64,000 nt of DNA from Octopus sinensis (GCF_006345805.1 NC_042997.1:3968001-4032000); one strand, 5' to 3'; positions 27,985 to 41,500 are shown, numbered from the stretch's first letter. The notes: generated by a model not told the origin, from the letters alone. A program made the numbers and translations.

Positions 27985-28420
27985 AATGAGATAGATACGC
28001 AAACAATGAGAGACAAGCAACAGAACGAGTAAAACAAGCAACGGTCCTTCATCAGATGTCAGCTGTCTATCTCCACCTCATTTCGAGCATTGAATGACAA
28101 TATGAGTCTTCGAAGACAGTTGCTTCCATGAACATCAAAATAAAATGTGGTGTTCATGGATGCCGACAGTTGAGAACAAAAACATGGCAGTGGAGACACA
28201 CAGTTTCAAGCGAATGCGTGTTGATATTATAACCGTTGGTTTAGCTTAATGGGATGCTGGGACAGCCGGTGTTCCGACAATACTGTGTCTCGTCAGCCAA
28301 AGGAATCCTGCACTAAGTACTATTCTAAATGCTTATGGCACTTCTTTATGATGTGAGTTTAGAGAAGGAGTGTGCAGAAACCAGTGGACAATCAAAGGGA
28401 ATCCGACGTGTTTTGACATG
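27985..28420 (-). mobile_element. Probable PLE endonuclease C-terminus and 3' UTR remnant
   Basis: Minus strand PLVSAHSF...QHPIKLNQR resembles the PV..HF...P.GLN ending of PLE GIY-YIG domains. Confidence 0.4.
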
Positions 28421-28784
28421 AGATTTTGGATGTATCTAACTAGATGTTATAAATTATTTGGCACGCTTCTCTACTAAATACGTCATACAGAGGGCTTAGA
28501 TGTACAACTATTAAATGCATTTATGTTCCCTTAAAGTTCCACACCTAAACGGCATTATCAACGTCAAATCGCCAAGTATATTTAATGTTTCCATATTTAT
28601 GATAAATTTTATTGCGGTAGGTGTTGATGGTGTTGTTTGTACACGTTTTATGGCTGTTGCTTTTGTGCTTATAAGGCATGCATGAATCAATGGTGATAAG
28701 ATATGTAATCAGATGAGTTACTTGATTCGAATTAACAATCTCAGTAATGTATTTACATGCTCATAGTAAACATAATCTATCTCT

Positions 28785-28846
28785 CTTCTCTCTCTCTCTC
28801 TCTCTCTTTCTCTCCTCTCTCTCTCTCAATGCATATACATATGTAC

Positions 28847-28879
<33 letters not shown>

Positions 28880-29050
28880 ATATATATATATTTACAATAT
28901 ATATATATACACATATATACATATGTATATCTATGTATACATATATATATATATATTTTTATATATATATATATATATACATATATATGTTTATATATAT
29001 ATATATATGTATATATATATGTGTGTATATATATATATATATACACACAC

Positions 29051-29096
<46 letters not shown>

Positions 29097-29219
29097 ATTT
29101 ATATGTGTGTGTGTGTGTGTGTGTGTATACATATGTAGATATACATATGTATATATCTGTATATATATATATATATATATAATATATATATATTATATAT
29201 ATAATATATATATATATAT
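28785..29219. repeat. (TC)n then long interrupted (TA)n/(TG)n microsatellite
   Basis: Direct reading. Confidence 0.98.
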
Positions 29220-29815
29220 TGTAAAAATATTCTATGATTATGTACAAAATTAAAATCAGGGTTCAGCGAAGTGCCTCGTCACATACTGAATCACAAATAG
29301 ATGCTAAAGTGCTTTTAGCTACCATAAAAATCTACGAGATAATAACACTCTTAAATGAGTGTGTTATCATCTTGGAGATTTTTATGACAGTTGAAAAGGC
29401 ATTAGTGTCTATTTCAAATTCAGTACGTGGCCAGGGACTTACCTGATCCTCGATAATAATATTTTATATTATTATAGAATATTTTGTATAATTCACCTGA
29501 AAAGGTTTTTTTAACGTACTGGCTACTTGGTAAAATTATTAATTATTGATTGATTGTTTAATTAATTAACTTTAACATATATTATGGTTAAAATTATAAG
29601 TTACTCCAAGATAGAAACTGACGATTCCGTCTCCCAAATCCACTCACAAGACATTGGTTGTCCCGGGGTTATAGCAGATGACACTTGCCCAAGATGCCAC
29701 GCAGTAGGACTGAACCCGGAACCATGAGGTTGGTTAGCAAGCTACTTACCACACAGCCACTCCTGCGCCTATATTATTTATATATATATGTTATTATATA
29801 TATATATACACACAC

Positions 29816-29859
<44 letters not shown>

Positions 29860-29936
29860 TATATATTATATATATATATATAATATATATATATATAAAC
29901 GTATATATGTATATATATATATATTATATATATATA

Positions 29937-29983
<47 letters not shown>

Positions 29984-30545
29984 AAAAATATTCTATGATT
30001 ATGTACAAAATTAAAATCAGGGTTCAGCGAAGTGCCTCGTCACATACTGAATCACAAATAGATGCTAAAGTGCTTTTAGCTACCATAAAAATCTACGAGA
30101 TAAAACACTCTTAAATGAGTGTGTTATCATCTTGGAGATTTTTATGACAGTTGAAAGGCATTAGTGTCTATTTCAAATTCAGTACGTGGCCAGGGACTTA
30201 CCTGATCCTCGATAATAATATTTTATATTATTATAGAATATTTTGTATAATTCACCTGAAAAGGTTTTTTTAACGTACTGGCTACTTGGTAAAATTATTA
30301 ATTATTGATTGATTGTTTAATTAATTAACTTTAACATATATTATGGTTAAAATTATAATTTACTCCAAGATAGAAACTGACGATTCCGTCTCCCAAATCC
30401 ACTCACAAGACATTGGTTGTCCCGGGGTTATAGCAGATGACACTTGCCCAAGATGCCACGCAGTAGGACTGAACCGGAACCATGAGGTTGGTTAGCAAGC
30501 TACTACCACACAGCCACTCCTGCGCCTATATTATTTATATATATA
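29220..30545. repeat. Near-identical tandem duplication with a 761-bp period; each copy has a minus-strand SINE A head
   Basis: tgtaaaaatattctatg starts at both 29220 and 29981. About 550 bp of unique sequence differs by four 1-bp deletions and one substitution. Confidence 0.95.
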
Positions 30546-30684
30546 TGTTATTTATATATATATATACACACACATATATATATACATATATATATATATA
30601 GATATTTATATATATATATATAATATATATATATATATCTATATATATATATATATTATATATATATATAATATATATAATATA

Positions 30685-30715
<31 letters not shown>

Positions 30716-30934
30716 AACATATATATTACTTATATTATTACATGTTTGAACGCCACGTATCATTTTCCAAGTATATATATATTATATATATATGTAAATA
30801 AAAATAAGATCGTTATTTAAATCATCGATCTTATCAAGTTGCCAACATGGGAATAATAAAAAAAACTTCAAATGTAATAATTATTATTAAAATTATAAAT
30901 TAGGGTATATAAGAGATACCTCCACTCTGGAAAT

Positions 30935-32440
30935 ATATCAGAGATGACTTGGACATATTAAATCACCTCCCCCAAAAGGTCAAGGTTTCATTTGATGTGA
31001 ATAGCTTATATACCAGTATACCACACAAATATAGTCGAGAGGCAGTTCAGTTCTGGCCGGACCAATATCCGGAAGAAATACCGGAAATGATTAGCAAAGA
31101 ATTCATAGTCATTTAAGTTTACCCTACGGAACAATAATTTTATGTTTGGTAACACTTTTTATCGACAATAATACGGAATTGCTATGGGTACTAGAGCAGC
31201 TTCGGGCATTGTGAATGTAATAATGTGCTACCTGGAAATAATAATATAACAGGTATCTTTACCTACCTTTGGAAACTCTGTTTTCTAATACATAAAATGG
31301 AATTGGAAAATATTCCTGGACGTCAGTTTCATCTTCTGGAATGAAAAGACACATAAACTCCTTGAATTCAAAAGAATATTGATCAGCGTCAACCATAACA
31401 TATAATTCGCAATGGAATACAACCAGAAGAATCTCCAGATTTTGGATATATTATTTAACAATATAGGCCGAAACGTAGAAACGGATATATTTTACAAAAC
31501 CGCAGACGCCAAACAATATCTACTATATAATTTTTGCCACCAAAGACACGCCAACTCAAGCATCCCATTCAGCCTTGCAAGAAGGATATGCACCATACTG
31601 TCAGAAAAATGCCAGAGATTTAGACTGTAAGAACTCAAAAACACCCTTATTGATAGATACTATGCAGTTCAACTCATAGAGCTTGGAATGAGACGTGCAA
31701 CACATATCGACATAAAGGCCTTCATAAAACTACAACGCAGCAACTCCCTCTCCCCCCAAATAATACCGTACATATCTACTTACAAACCCAGAAACAAAGA
31801 AGCCTCCACCATCATCACACAAAATCTACCAATGCTACATGAAATCTCCAAACTATAGGAAATTATACACACACACATAAGAACATTAAAATCCACAAAC
31901 AACAGAAGTCACTAAAAAATATCCTCACAAAGTCAAAAATGTTTTTTAAAATAACGGACTCAAAAACGACAAAATGTGGTGGACTAAAATGCGTAACATG
32001 CCACATCATTATAGAAGCAGCAGAATTTCTTTTTAAAGAAGGACAAAAATTGAAAATGTAATCTGACTTAGCTTGCACTTCGGAAAACCTGGTTTATGTT
32101 GTAGGATGCTCCGGCTGCTACCAGAATTACATAGGGCCCACGTGATTATCGCTCAGACGCAGATGCACTCTGCACCGACAGCACATTGCCTTCTCAGAAT
32201 ACAGAATGATACCCTTTCGTGAAGACATTGACAGTTGCGGAAAACGACTGATACCACAATTTGTAATTTCTCCATTTTATCAATGTCCTATTGGAACATC
32301 AACACAAGTTAGATTACAGATGGAAACTTATTTTATTGAAAAATATAAGCCAAAACTTAACCATTTCTAGCGTTTCTAAATAAGGAATCTTACCTCATAG
32401 AAAAATATAAACCCAAACTTAACCATTTCTAGCACTTCAT
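30935..32440 (+). mobile_element. Decayed Penelope-like element (RT plus GIY-YIG endonuclease)
   Basis: SFDVNSLYTSIPH; GIAMGTRAA; ORF 31412-31630 (ETDIFYKTADAKQYL...IPFSLARRICTI); CTSENLVYVVGCSGCYQNYIG (about 32070-32135); ends METYFIEKYKPKLNHF*. Confidence 0.92.
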
Positions 32441-32797
32441 TCAATAAAAACTATATCATATTAAACTAAATACACCTAAATATTTGCAACATTTTTCATT
32501 ATTTCCCTTATACCGAAAAAATTTCGGATTACCTCCCCTGTTTCGAAACCTTCTACATCAGACCATGACGAAAAGATGACATCGTTAAAGAAATTTGAGA
32601 CATTTGAAAAGAAAATACAAAAATCCGGTTATTTTTCCCGAAACAATATCACTACACTTGAAATTTTATATTTTATTCCTAACATGCCTATTTTAATATA
32701 TTTTGAACCATATAATACAAATCTTCTGTAGTTTATTTACTCTACTTTGTTTCTAACACATCCAAACCACGCGCTTTGGTATACTATCTCTCTCACT

Positions 32798-32839
<42 letters not shown>

Positions 32840-32859
32840 ACACATATATATTTATATAA

Positions 32860-33010
32860 CGTGCTTCTTTCTGTTTTCGTCTACCAAATCCATTTACAAG
32901 GCTTTGGTCGGTTCGAGGCTATAGTACAAGACCAAAAGTGCCACGCAATGGAACTGAAAACGGGACCATGTGGTTGGTAAGCAAGGTACTTATCATACAG
33001 CCACTCCTGC

Positions 33011-33012
<2 letters not shown>
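32860..33012 (-). mobile_element. SINE family A 5' half
   Basis: Reverse complement of the 24405-24545 head. Confidence 0.8.
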
Positions 33013-33054
<42 letters not shown>

Positions 33055-34029
33055 GTATGCATGTATGTATGCATTGTATATATCTTCGTTGAACAGAAAC
33101 GATAGATTACAGTACTTACAGTACTCAAAAGAAATTTAGAGTATAGCTTAATATGTTGTACTGAAATGCTCAATTTTCCAATACTTACACTTTATCGTTT
33201 CCGCTCATGAGCTGCTACAACAAGACTGGTAGTTATGATTATTCACTGTCAGAATATCCTTTAAATATGTAATGAATGTTTGAAGAGAATGCTCAAGCAT
33301 GTGATCTCTCATTTAAAAAATTTTCTGAAATATAAGTTCGAAAACGGCTGCCTCATACACACGCTTTTGACTTCAATTCTGGTTGTATATAGTCTATACA
33401 ATCTTATCGATGGAATTGCGTTGCTGCTACAGGAATGTTTTTTGTAACAATACATTATACTTCCGAGCAGAATATTCACACAATGAATATCCCAAAGAAA
33501 ACCAGGCTCGTTTGACCAGCTGATGATCAGACATGAGCAACTCCTTAAAACTGTAATCAAATGGGAATTTTCCAGCATATGTGATTCATTTTACCTATCC
33601 ATGCAAAATATAAAGAGAAATCAAAATATCTAGGTAAATATCGCTGAAAGTGAGAATGTAATATTACTCACAAAATAACGTAATATAGACTTTCTTCGCA
33701 CCTAAGAAGCTGTCAATAAATAAATGTTTGGCGGAACGCAAGAAAACAATATTAAATAGTTAATACAAACACCATTAGCAACATTTTCTGAATATTCAAA
33801 ATAAAAAAGATGACACAGCAACAACAGTTTTTGAAGGTGCTAGCAATTTACACGTATTAATTGCGTATTTTGTACGCTGGATTCTCTTATCTTTGGTATT
33901 TTTTACAGAGCACGATCGATATTTATTAACATTATTGTAACGTCTTAATTTTTTAGACAATAAGCAACGTTCATTTAATTTTTGAAATTTCTTCAGCGGT
34001 ATATTTATAGTTTTAACTAATAGGCGAAG

Positions 34030-34435
34030 AAATGGCTATGTGGTAAGTAGCTTGTTTACAAACCACATGGTTCCACGTTCAGTCCTACTGCGTGTCACCT
34101 TGGGTAAGTGTCTTCTACTATAGCCTCCAGCTGACCAAAGCCTTGTGAGTGGATTTGGTAGAGGGAAACTGTATGTATGTATGTATGTATGTATGTATGT
34201 ATGTATGTATGTACGTGTATATGTGTCTGTGTTTGTCCCCTCCCCGACAGCGGTTGATAACCGATGCTTGTGTGTTTACGTCCTTGTAACTTAGCTGTTC
34301 GGCAAAAGAAACCGAGAGAATAAGTACTATGCTTACAAAGAATAAGTCCTGGAATAGATTTGCTCGACTAAAGGCGATGCTCCAGCATGGCTACAATCAA
34401 ATGACTGAAACAAGTAAAAGTGTAAACGAGTAAAG
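34030..34435 (+). mobile_element. SINE family A, full length, with central (TATG)n
   Basis: Head and tail are colinear with 24405-24880. Confidence 0.9.
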
Positions 34436-34829
34436 AATAATACAACTTATAATATATTGTTGAGGCCGAAGATTTATCAGAAACATACACCATGAATTAC
34501 CAATAAAGCTAAGTGTTGTATATAAAATCTAGTTGCACTATATTCGTTTAAATTTTGCTCGTCGAAAATAACATGTCTGAAAATAGTAACGTTGCCAGCT
34601 ACTCAAGTTGATTGTCTAACAAAGTAATAAATTTATATTTCCCTCGGAAATACATCTATGTGTACTTATGGATTCTGTATGACATGTTTGATGTAGTTAT
34701 AAATAAATTGCTTCTGTGATGCGACACTGTTCGTATACATATTTTAGAGAGAATTTGCTATAGTTTTAAGAGTCTAGGACATTTACTCCCCATGACCTAA
34801 GCAGTTAAGACCTGACGTATAACCTACAG

Positions 34830-35460
34830 CTCTGAAGGTCAATTAGCCCCGAGGACAACAATCCCCTAGTACAATTCATCGCTCGGATTATTATCCCTAA
34901 GCAGTTAACCCTTGATGTGTATCATATTTTTCTGTGTATAAGCCGCTAAGTTTTACCTGAGAAATTTGCCAATGGTGAGCCCAATATGTGTAATTTTTAT
35001 AAGATTCAGGAGGAAAGTAAGTTGTTTATGGAGATCAAATGAGTCCACTGATTTTTCAGAGGAAATGTCGGTCAGTGAAAAACGTGAAAGACTACTGCTT
35101 CAGTACATTGGAGCACAGAAGAAAACAAAGCATATTTGTTTTGTTTTACCTTCACGTTTAAATAATGCTAATTTCAATATAATAAAGTCTTCAATATTGA
35201 TGAAATGTGTTTGCTATTGATTGTAGTAAGATAAAATCTCATAGTTGTAAATTACGGCATTTTGAATTACATACACATCAACAACAAATAAAGTTAGCAG
35301 CAGACCCATTTTGCGAGGAATACCGTATAATTTGCAGTATTAGATAATGATTTAAAACTTCTTACTATATTGAAGAGGAGGTAAATAACTAAGTTGGGTA
35401 ATTGTCCTACGGGTAGTAGTCGTCGGGGGTGGAGAATTGCCTCTGTGGGCTAATTGAGAC
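34830..35460. mobile_element. Possible old MITE bounded by degenerate inverted repeats
   Basis: caattagccc (about 34841) versus gggctaattg (about 35447), with ggacaat/attgtcc motifs near both ends. Confidence 0.3.
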
Positions 35461-35896
35461 GAGTTTTACAGAGAAAAAATGTGTGCTTTAGAGATAATTA
35501 TTTATAGTTTTTCATAAAAAAAACTACCGCTCACTTTGAAAGGACATTAACCTGTATAATCGATATCTATGTGAGAATGTCATGCGGGTAACGCCTTTCT
35601 ACACCCTAAAGCTCCCGGAAATTTCTATCATAAATATTTCTAAGATGTTAACACAATATTTCGTTGTTGTAGCTTAATCGTATGGCATAGACATTTACTG
35701 TCTCAGATAGACAATAAAAGACTGGAGAATACAAACCAGTTTTTTTTTATTGCAATTTATATTTAAAACATTTTTTCTCATGAAGCCAAATCAATTGTTG
35801 AAAAATTTTTCTTGAATCTCTCAATGTTCTTCAATTATATCGAGTTGCATTTATTTAATTTTCCCGTTAAAATACTTGTCTACATTTTCTGAATTA

Positions 35897-36148
35897 TATT
35901 GGGTTGGTGCATAATCATTGCGGCTTTTTTATTTCAGCAAATTTATTCAACACAATCAATAATACTATTTAACAAAAACTTCTTTAAATGACCGTCTGAC
36001 CGTCTTCCAAGCAAATGGGAAGCAGTAATTTTAGTAGATGGTGAATTTGCTCCGGAGTAAACATTTAAATGTTTTTTTTACATGTTATTGTTTTTGTTAA
36101 ATAAAACTTGATGACAACAAAGCCACAAAATTATGCACCAACCCAATG
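35897..36148 (+). mobile_element. Internally deleted mariner element (MADE1-like MITE)
   Basis: TIRs ttgggttggtgcataat.attgcggcttt and aaagccacaaaattatgcaccaacccaa, with TA at the left end. Internal DRLPSKWEAVILVDGEFAPE* matches the mariner transposase C-terminus. Confidence 0.85.
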
Positions 36149-37284
36149 TATTTTCAAATTATAGCCCGTGTTTAATATTAAGTACACCTCTCACAATATC
36201 ATATGTTTTCTTTATATGGTATATTGATTTAACCATGTAAGCATTGCATGTACAGTGTTTTTTTTGTTGGGGCAACTTTTCCACCTATGTTCTTTTGATA
36301 TCTCTTGTAATAGGTAACATATTAGATTACATTTGTATGTCATTTCATAAAATCAGTTTGGGATATGTATCTCACTGTATATTGAAATACAGCTGGTAGC
36401 TTCTCTATGATAATGTGCTATGAATTTCATTGCGCATATTTGATCAGTGTTAACATAACGTAATGTTAAAATAATGACACTATCTCTTAGGTATATGAAT
36501 TGAACTGGTAGATTTTACTTAGGGTAAAATTAAATCGGCATTCTAGAGCTAGATCACTTGTCGAAAACCAACATACGAATACAGCTTCTAAAATAATATA
36601 TGCTAATTTTTTTTTTTTTTTTATGTAATAAAGCGACGTCATTTTCGGTCAGTTGTACATTGTGTTAGAATAAGTTATTGCAAACATGAAACGCTTGCAT
36701 GAACTTGACTTTTCTTTAAGGTACATAATGTATAAAAAAAGATTAAATTGAAGGTTTGCTACCTTGTAACTATGCAATTGCTCTGTTGATCTATGCTACG
36801 ATCATAACCTTTTTTTAAAATTATGTCTATGATAATTTTCAATATATGACAGGTTTTGTTCTGTAATACCAGATAAAAATTATAAAAGGCTCGAGACCGA
36901 AATGCGGATGCAATCTATCGTGTTTGTTAACCATGAAATATTTCAGGAAGCATTATTTTGGCAAATGCATTCAATTATAAATTTCCTCGAATGGATTGAG
37001 TCTACTGTAAACTTAAATTATATGATTATTAAGTTATATGATTGAATATAATTAGTGAATAAAGAACATTCATTTTACTTCATATGCCGTAATATCCACG
37101 TGAGAAATATATACTATTCGTTTACGACTTGTTAATATTTGTTTAAAAATTATTGCAAATAGTGTTAGCTGGAGATAATGACATTTGACTCAGTGCGAGT
37201 GCACGCTAATACATGTTTCAGTTAATATAGTGATTTGAGTTTTTTTCTACTTTAGATTTTCATGTAATGCAAAAACAATAGATG

Positions 37285-37410
37285 AGTGAATTAGAGCAAC
37301 GTAAAAATAAAGTGTCTTGCTCAAAAACACAACACACATCCAGGTGCGGAAATGTAACTCATTATATCATTATTGTGAGCCCGACGCTTTAACCACTGTG
37401 GCAGTCGTCT
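37285..37410 (-). mobile_element. SINE family C head fragment
   Basis: Reverse complement of 25488-25610. Confidence 0.7.
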
Positions 37411-37867
37411 TCATGCAGACGCAGGCGCATGCTCGCGCAGATGTATAATGCAGATCCAGACACGTTTTTTTTTTCTACTGCCCATTGTTTTACCGTTTCC
37501 GTCGTTATGTTTCTCATTTATTTCTATAGAAGAATTTAGAAAGAAAATGTCAGACTTCTTCCAGTTTTTTTCTGATCGTTAAATCTTATTTGATGTTCCT
37601 TCATTTACTTATTAATCTTTGTATAATTTAAAGCATGATTATGCGTGTTTGTGTATACGTGCGTGTGTGTGAATGTGAATATATACGAACGTAGTGGTCA
37701 TGCGCAAACGAGTATGACATGGCACTGTGTTTATACTTCACTAATTATAACCAAAACTGTACGCAGATGAACAAATATCCCTATACATATTTCAGCCAAT
37801 GAGTTAGAGGATAATTAAATACAAAAGACTACTGCAGTACCCTTTTCTTCTGTAGATCCTATATACA

Positions 37868-37922
<55 letters not shown>

Positions 37923-38386
37923 TATATATATAATATATATATATATGGGAGTAAATATTATAGTGGGAGAACACACTTGGATGGCTATATACAGAAAGAG
38001 AAAAGATGAAAAAACACAATTTGTTTTACAGGTTTAAGGAGTATATTATAGTCATAATAATAAATATATTATATCGTTTTGTACAAAATAACATTTTATT
38101 CATTGAGCATAAGTAAAGTAAGAACTGGTTTTGCATTGCTAACCACGCAAAGTGTTGAAAATAGACATATTGATTGGGGGAAGGCATATTACTAGGAGAG
38201 TAATTGTCCACTAATTTACTTTACAGCAAAGGAGAATCTGCATTTTTAAATTTTGGGTCTGTATACTTTCCTGCCTTATTTAAACGTCGGTATATTATTT
38301 TTTATCTTATATTTAATATTTCTATTATATGTAATTTTCTCGATGGTGTAATTAAACTTTTCATCTTGATTTGATAAAAGGTTTTT

Positions 38387-38418
<32 letters not shown>

Positions 38419-38419
38419 A

Positions 38420-38600
38420 AGTTAATCCAAACAAGAAAACACAAAGAGAAAACACAACGCGAGGACGTGGAACAAGTATAGTGTTATTGGACGCTCAGGA
38501 AAGGAAAGAAAGAAGGAGGAATTAACCTTTCGAGCGGAGCTCTTCGTCAGAAACATAGGAAAAGGAATGATCCAAGAAAGGGAAGACGGAGGAAAAAAAT
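38420..38600 (-). mobile_element. PLE-terminus-like repeat with minimal hammerhead-like motif
   Basis: Minus strand 38556-38521: gttt-CTGACGA-AGAGCTCCGCTC-GAAAGGTT-aat. The CUGANGA and GAAA boxes are intact and GAGC/GCTC forms a stem. Confidence 0.7.
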
Positions 38601-39890
38601 CGCCAACGGTTAGAAGCTGCCTAGCACAGCTCCTGCAACACTATGACTGGCTGTTGAAACAACTACTAAATGGCTCAAAGGTGGATGTAATAAATATCGA
38701 CTTTGCAAAAGCCTTTGATAAAGTTGACCATGGTATGATCTGTCACAAACTGCGTGGTCTCGGCATAGGCGAGAAACTGGGAGAGTGGCTGCACAACTTC
38801 CTAAAAGAGAGAAGACAGGCAGTTGTGAGCAATGGAGCCACCTCCAACGAAGCACAAATAACAAGCGGTATCCCACAGGACACTGTCTTGAGGCCACTGA
38901 TGTTCATAGTGGCCCTTTCAGACATGCCTTCATTTGCTACGATGGCCACCCTTGCTAGCTATGCAGATGACACAAAAGTCTCCCACAGAATACAAAACCC
39001 TGAAAATATTGCGCATCTGCAAAAGGAATTGGACACAATATACAGGTGGGCTGAGGACAACAACATAAAGTTTAATGCAGGTAAATTCCAGACCCTGCGC
39101 CACCGGCACACAAAGGTAAACGACGTGCAGACTGGATATACTGGCCCAGGAAGAATTGCAATCCCTGAGTCAAAATCAGTGCGTGACCTGGCATTGACAT
39201 GAGCAATGATGCATATTTCCAAGTGCATATTAATAATCTGGTGATAAAATGCAGACGGCTAGCTGGATGGATACTCCGAACATTCGTCCTCAGCAGCTTG
39301 TACTACTGCTCCCAACTATGGTCACCACACAATATAAAACTAACAGCAGAACTCGAAGCAATTCAGAGAAGCTACACAAAGAAAATCGTCTCAATGCAAA
39401 ATATCAGCTACTGGGAAAGACTGAAAGTATAAGACCTCTTCTCCCTAGAGTGGAGGCGGGAGAGATATGCGGTGATATACATCTGGAAAATCCTGGAGGG
39501 TCTTGTCCCAAACTTTTGCATTCAAAGTTACCCCAACTGCAGAACGGGGCGCCACTGCATGGTGCCAAAGATTCCAACATCACCATCAAAATACAGGTCC
39601 AGATGCTGCAACAGCTTGGGTTTCAGAGGACCACAGCTCTTTAACATCCTCCCTAAATGCCTCAGAGACTTACATAGTGTGGGTGTGGGTTTCTTTAAAA
39701 CTAAACTGGATCTCTTCTTGTCGGGAGTCCCAGATGAACCTACCTCACGACAGGAGACGCAGATGCGGGCAGCAGCATTGAACTCCCTTGCTGATCAAGT
39801 GTCACGTATCAGAGGTGGATTCACATATTAGTGTAGCTCATTCAGCGGTGGTGCACCAGCATGGCCGCGGCCTTCGAGCTAAAACATTTT
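38600..39890 (+). mobile_element. 5'-truncated CR1/L2-group LINE (RT, C-terminus and 3' tail)
   Basis: ORF 38567-39202: DFAKAFDKVDH, SGIPQDTVLRPLMF, YADD. Frameshifted continuation YCSQLWSP...LEAIQRSYTK and ORF 39472-39831 (IYIWKILEGLVPN...FNILPKCLR...LDLFLSGVPDEP). Confidence 0.95.
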
Positions 39891-39929
39891 AAATGATTTC
39901 AGCATTTAAGGTACACACGCAGTCACATT

Positions 39930-39975
<46 letters not shown>

Positions 39976-39991
39976 TATATATATATGTATA

Positions 39992-40024
<33 letters not shown>

Positions 40025-40312
40025 ATATATGAATAAAAAATGGAGTTAACGCAGGTGTAATCAAATATTTTTACTTTCGACACATGTTTCGAAATTCCAC
40101 TGATACTATTCAAAAGAATAAATGGTATAAACAATGCAATCTTCTCCTCAGGAAAGTGAAACAATCGAAACTCGTCAATAAGACATTTTAGCAAAATAAT
40201 GATGGATTTGTATAGCGATAGACAGAACGCTATTAATATTGAGATTTTTGCTGCCCTGGTAACTATTTATTTATTTTTCCGTGTTAATTGTTTACAAGGT
40301 AAAACTACACTC

Positions 40313-40355
<43 letters not shown>

Positions 40356-40386
40356 CATACAAATATATATATATATAAATATGCAT

Positions 40387-40430
<44 letters not shown>

Positions 40431-41074
40431 ATGTGTGTTTTTTGCATTCATGATATGTTATATGTGTATGTGCAAGGGCTCGTGTGTCTTTCAGCACACG
40501 TGTGTTTGTACTATAACTGCTATTAAGAAACCAACATACTCGTTAGGAATATTCATAGAAGTGTATATAATTTTCTCCATTTCGGTTTTTATTAACTCTT
40601 TGATGCACATCTCTCGTAGAATTGTTTATTCAACATAAAATAACAAGTTTTATTATACCAAAATGTAATTATTTTGGAAAACATTTCAGTGTAATTGGTT
40701 GTTTGTATATATTTAAATGTGATTAATGCAAATATTTCTAATATTATATTTTATCTTCCTTAAATTGTATGGCAAACGATATAAATTTCATGTTAATATT
40801 GTTCATATGAACTTGCAGATTTTTATCAGCACGGACAGAACGTTGTGCTGTATTTCGCCCGTCTTTGTGCTTAGTAGTCGACTTCGCATTTTATGATTTA
40901 GTGCAGCGTGCAGTACATTCGTTAGCATTCTTGGAGAGTATTTAACAAATTGTCATTCGTTTTCACGCTCTGATCTCAAATTACACCGAGACTGATTTTG
41001 CTTTTCATCCGTTCATGGATTATAAAATATGCCCCAGATGGGTCGAATTTATTTTTTTTTTAGTTTCCATGTAT

Positions 41075-41330
41075 CAAATCCACATACAAAGATTTCAGCA
41101 TCAAGAGACTAAAATAGAAGACACTTGCCTTGTCTCCACCTATTTTCCCCACCTGAACCAGACGCCGTTCAGTAGTTGGATCACTCATTGTTGCTAACTG
41201 AGTGGACTGGAGCAACGTTAAATAGAGATTTTGCTCAACAACACTACGCCCTATTCAGTCAAGGAATCGAAACAAGAATCCTACGATCATGAATACAATA
41301 ACGTAGCCACTATTCCACGTCCTTCCAGAT
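41075..41330 (-). mobile_element. Two adjacent degenerate SINE head fragments
   Basis: caaatccacatacaaag...aagacacttgcc is family A-like; ggagcaacg...gctcaacaacac...gaatcgaaac is family C-like. Confidence 0.55.
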
Positions 41331-41349
41331 TTCACATGAGTGTGTGAGC

Positions 41350-41363
41350 GTATCTATACATCC

Positions 41364-41453
<90 letters not shown>

Positions 41454-41454
41454 A

Positions 41455-41494
<40 letters not shown>

Positions 41495-41500
41495 CATCTA
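41350..41500. repeat. (TCTA)n microsatellite
   Basis: Direct reading. Confidence 0.99.

Noticed and set aside
28030-28100. Minus-strand CTGATGAAGG
   Set aside because: No downstream GAAA box, and helices do not close in a permuted topology.
39889-40270. Hydrophobic minus-strand open frame of about 80 codons
   Set aside because: No motif, no splice support, and it ends in a microsatellite.
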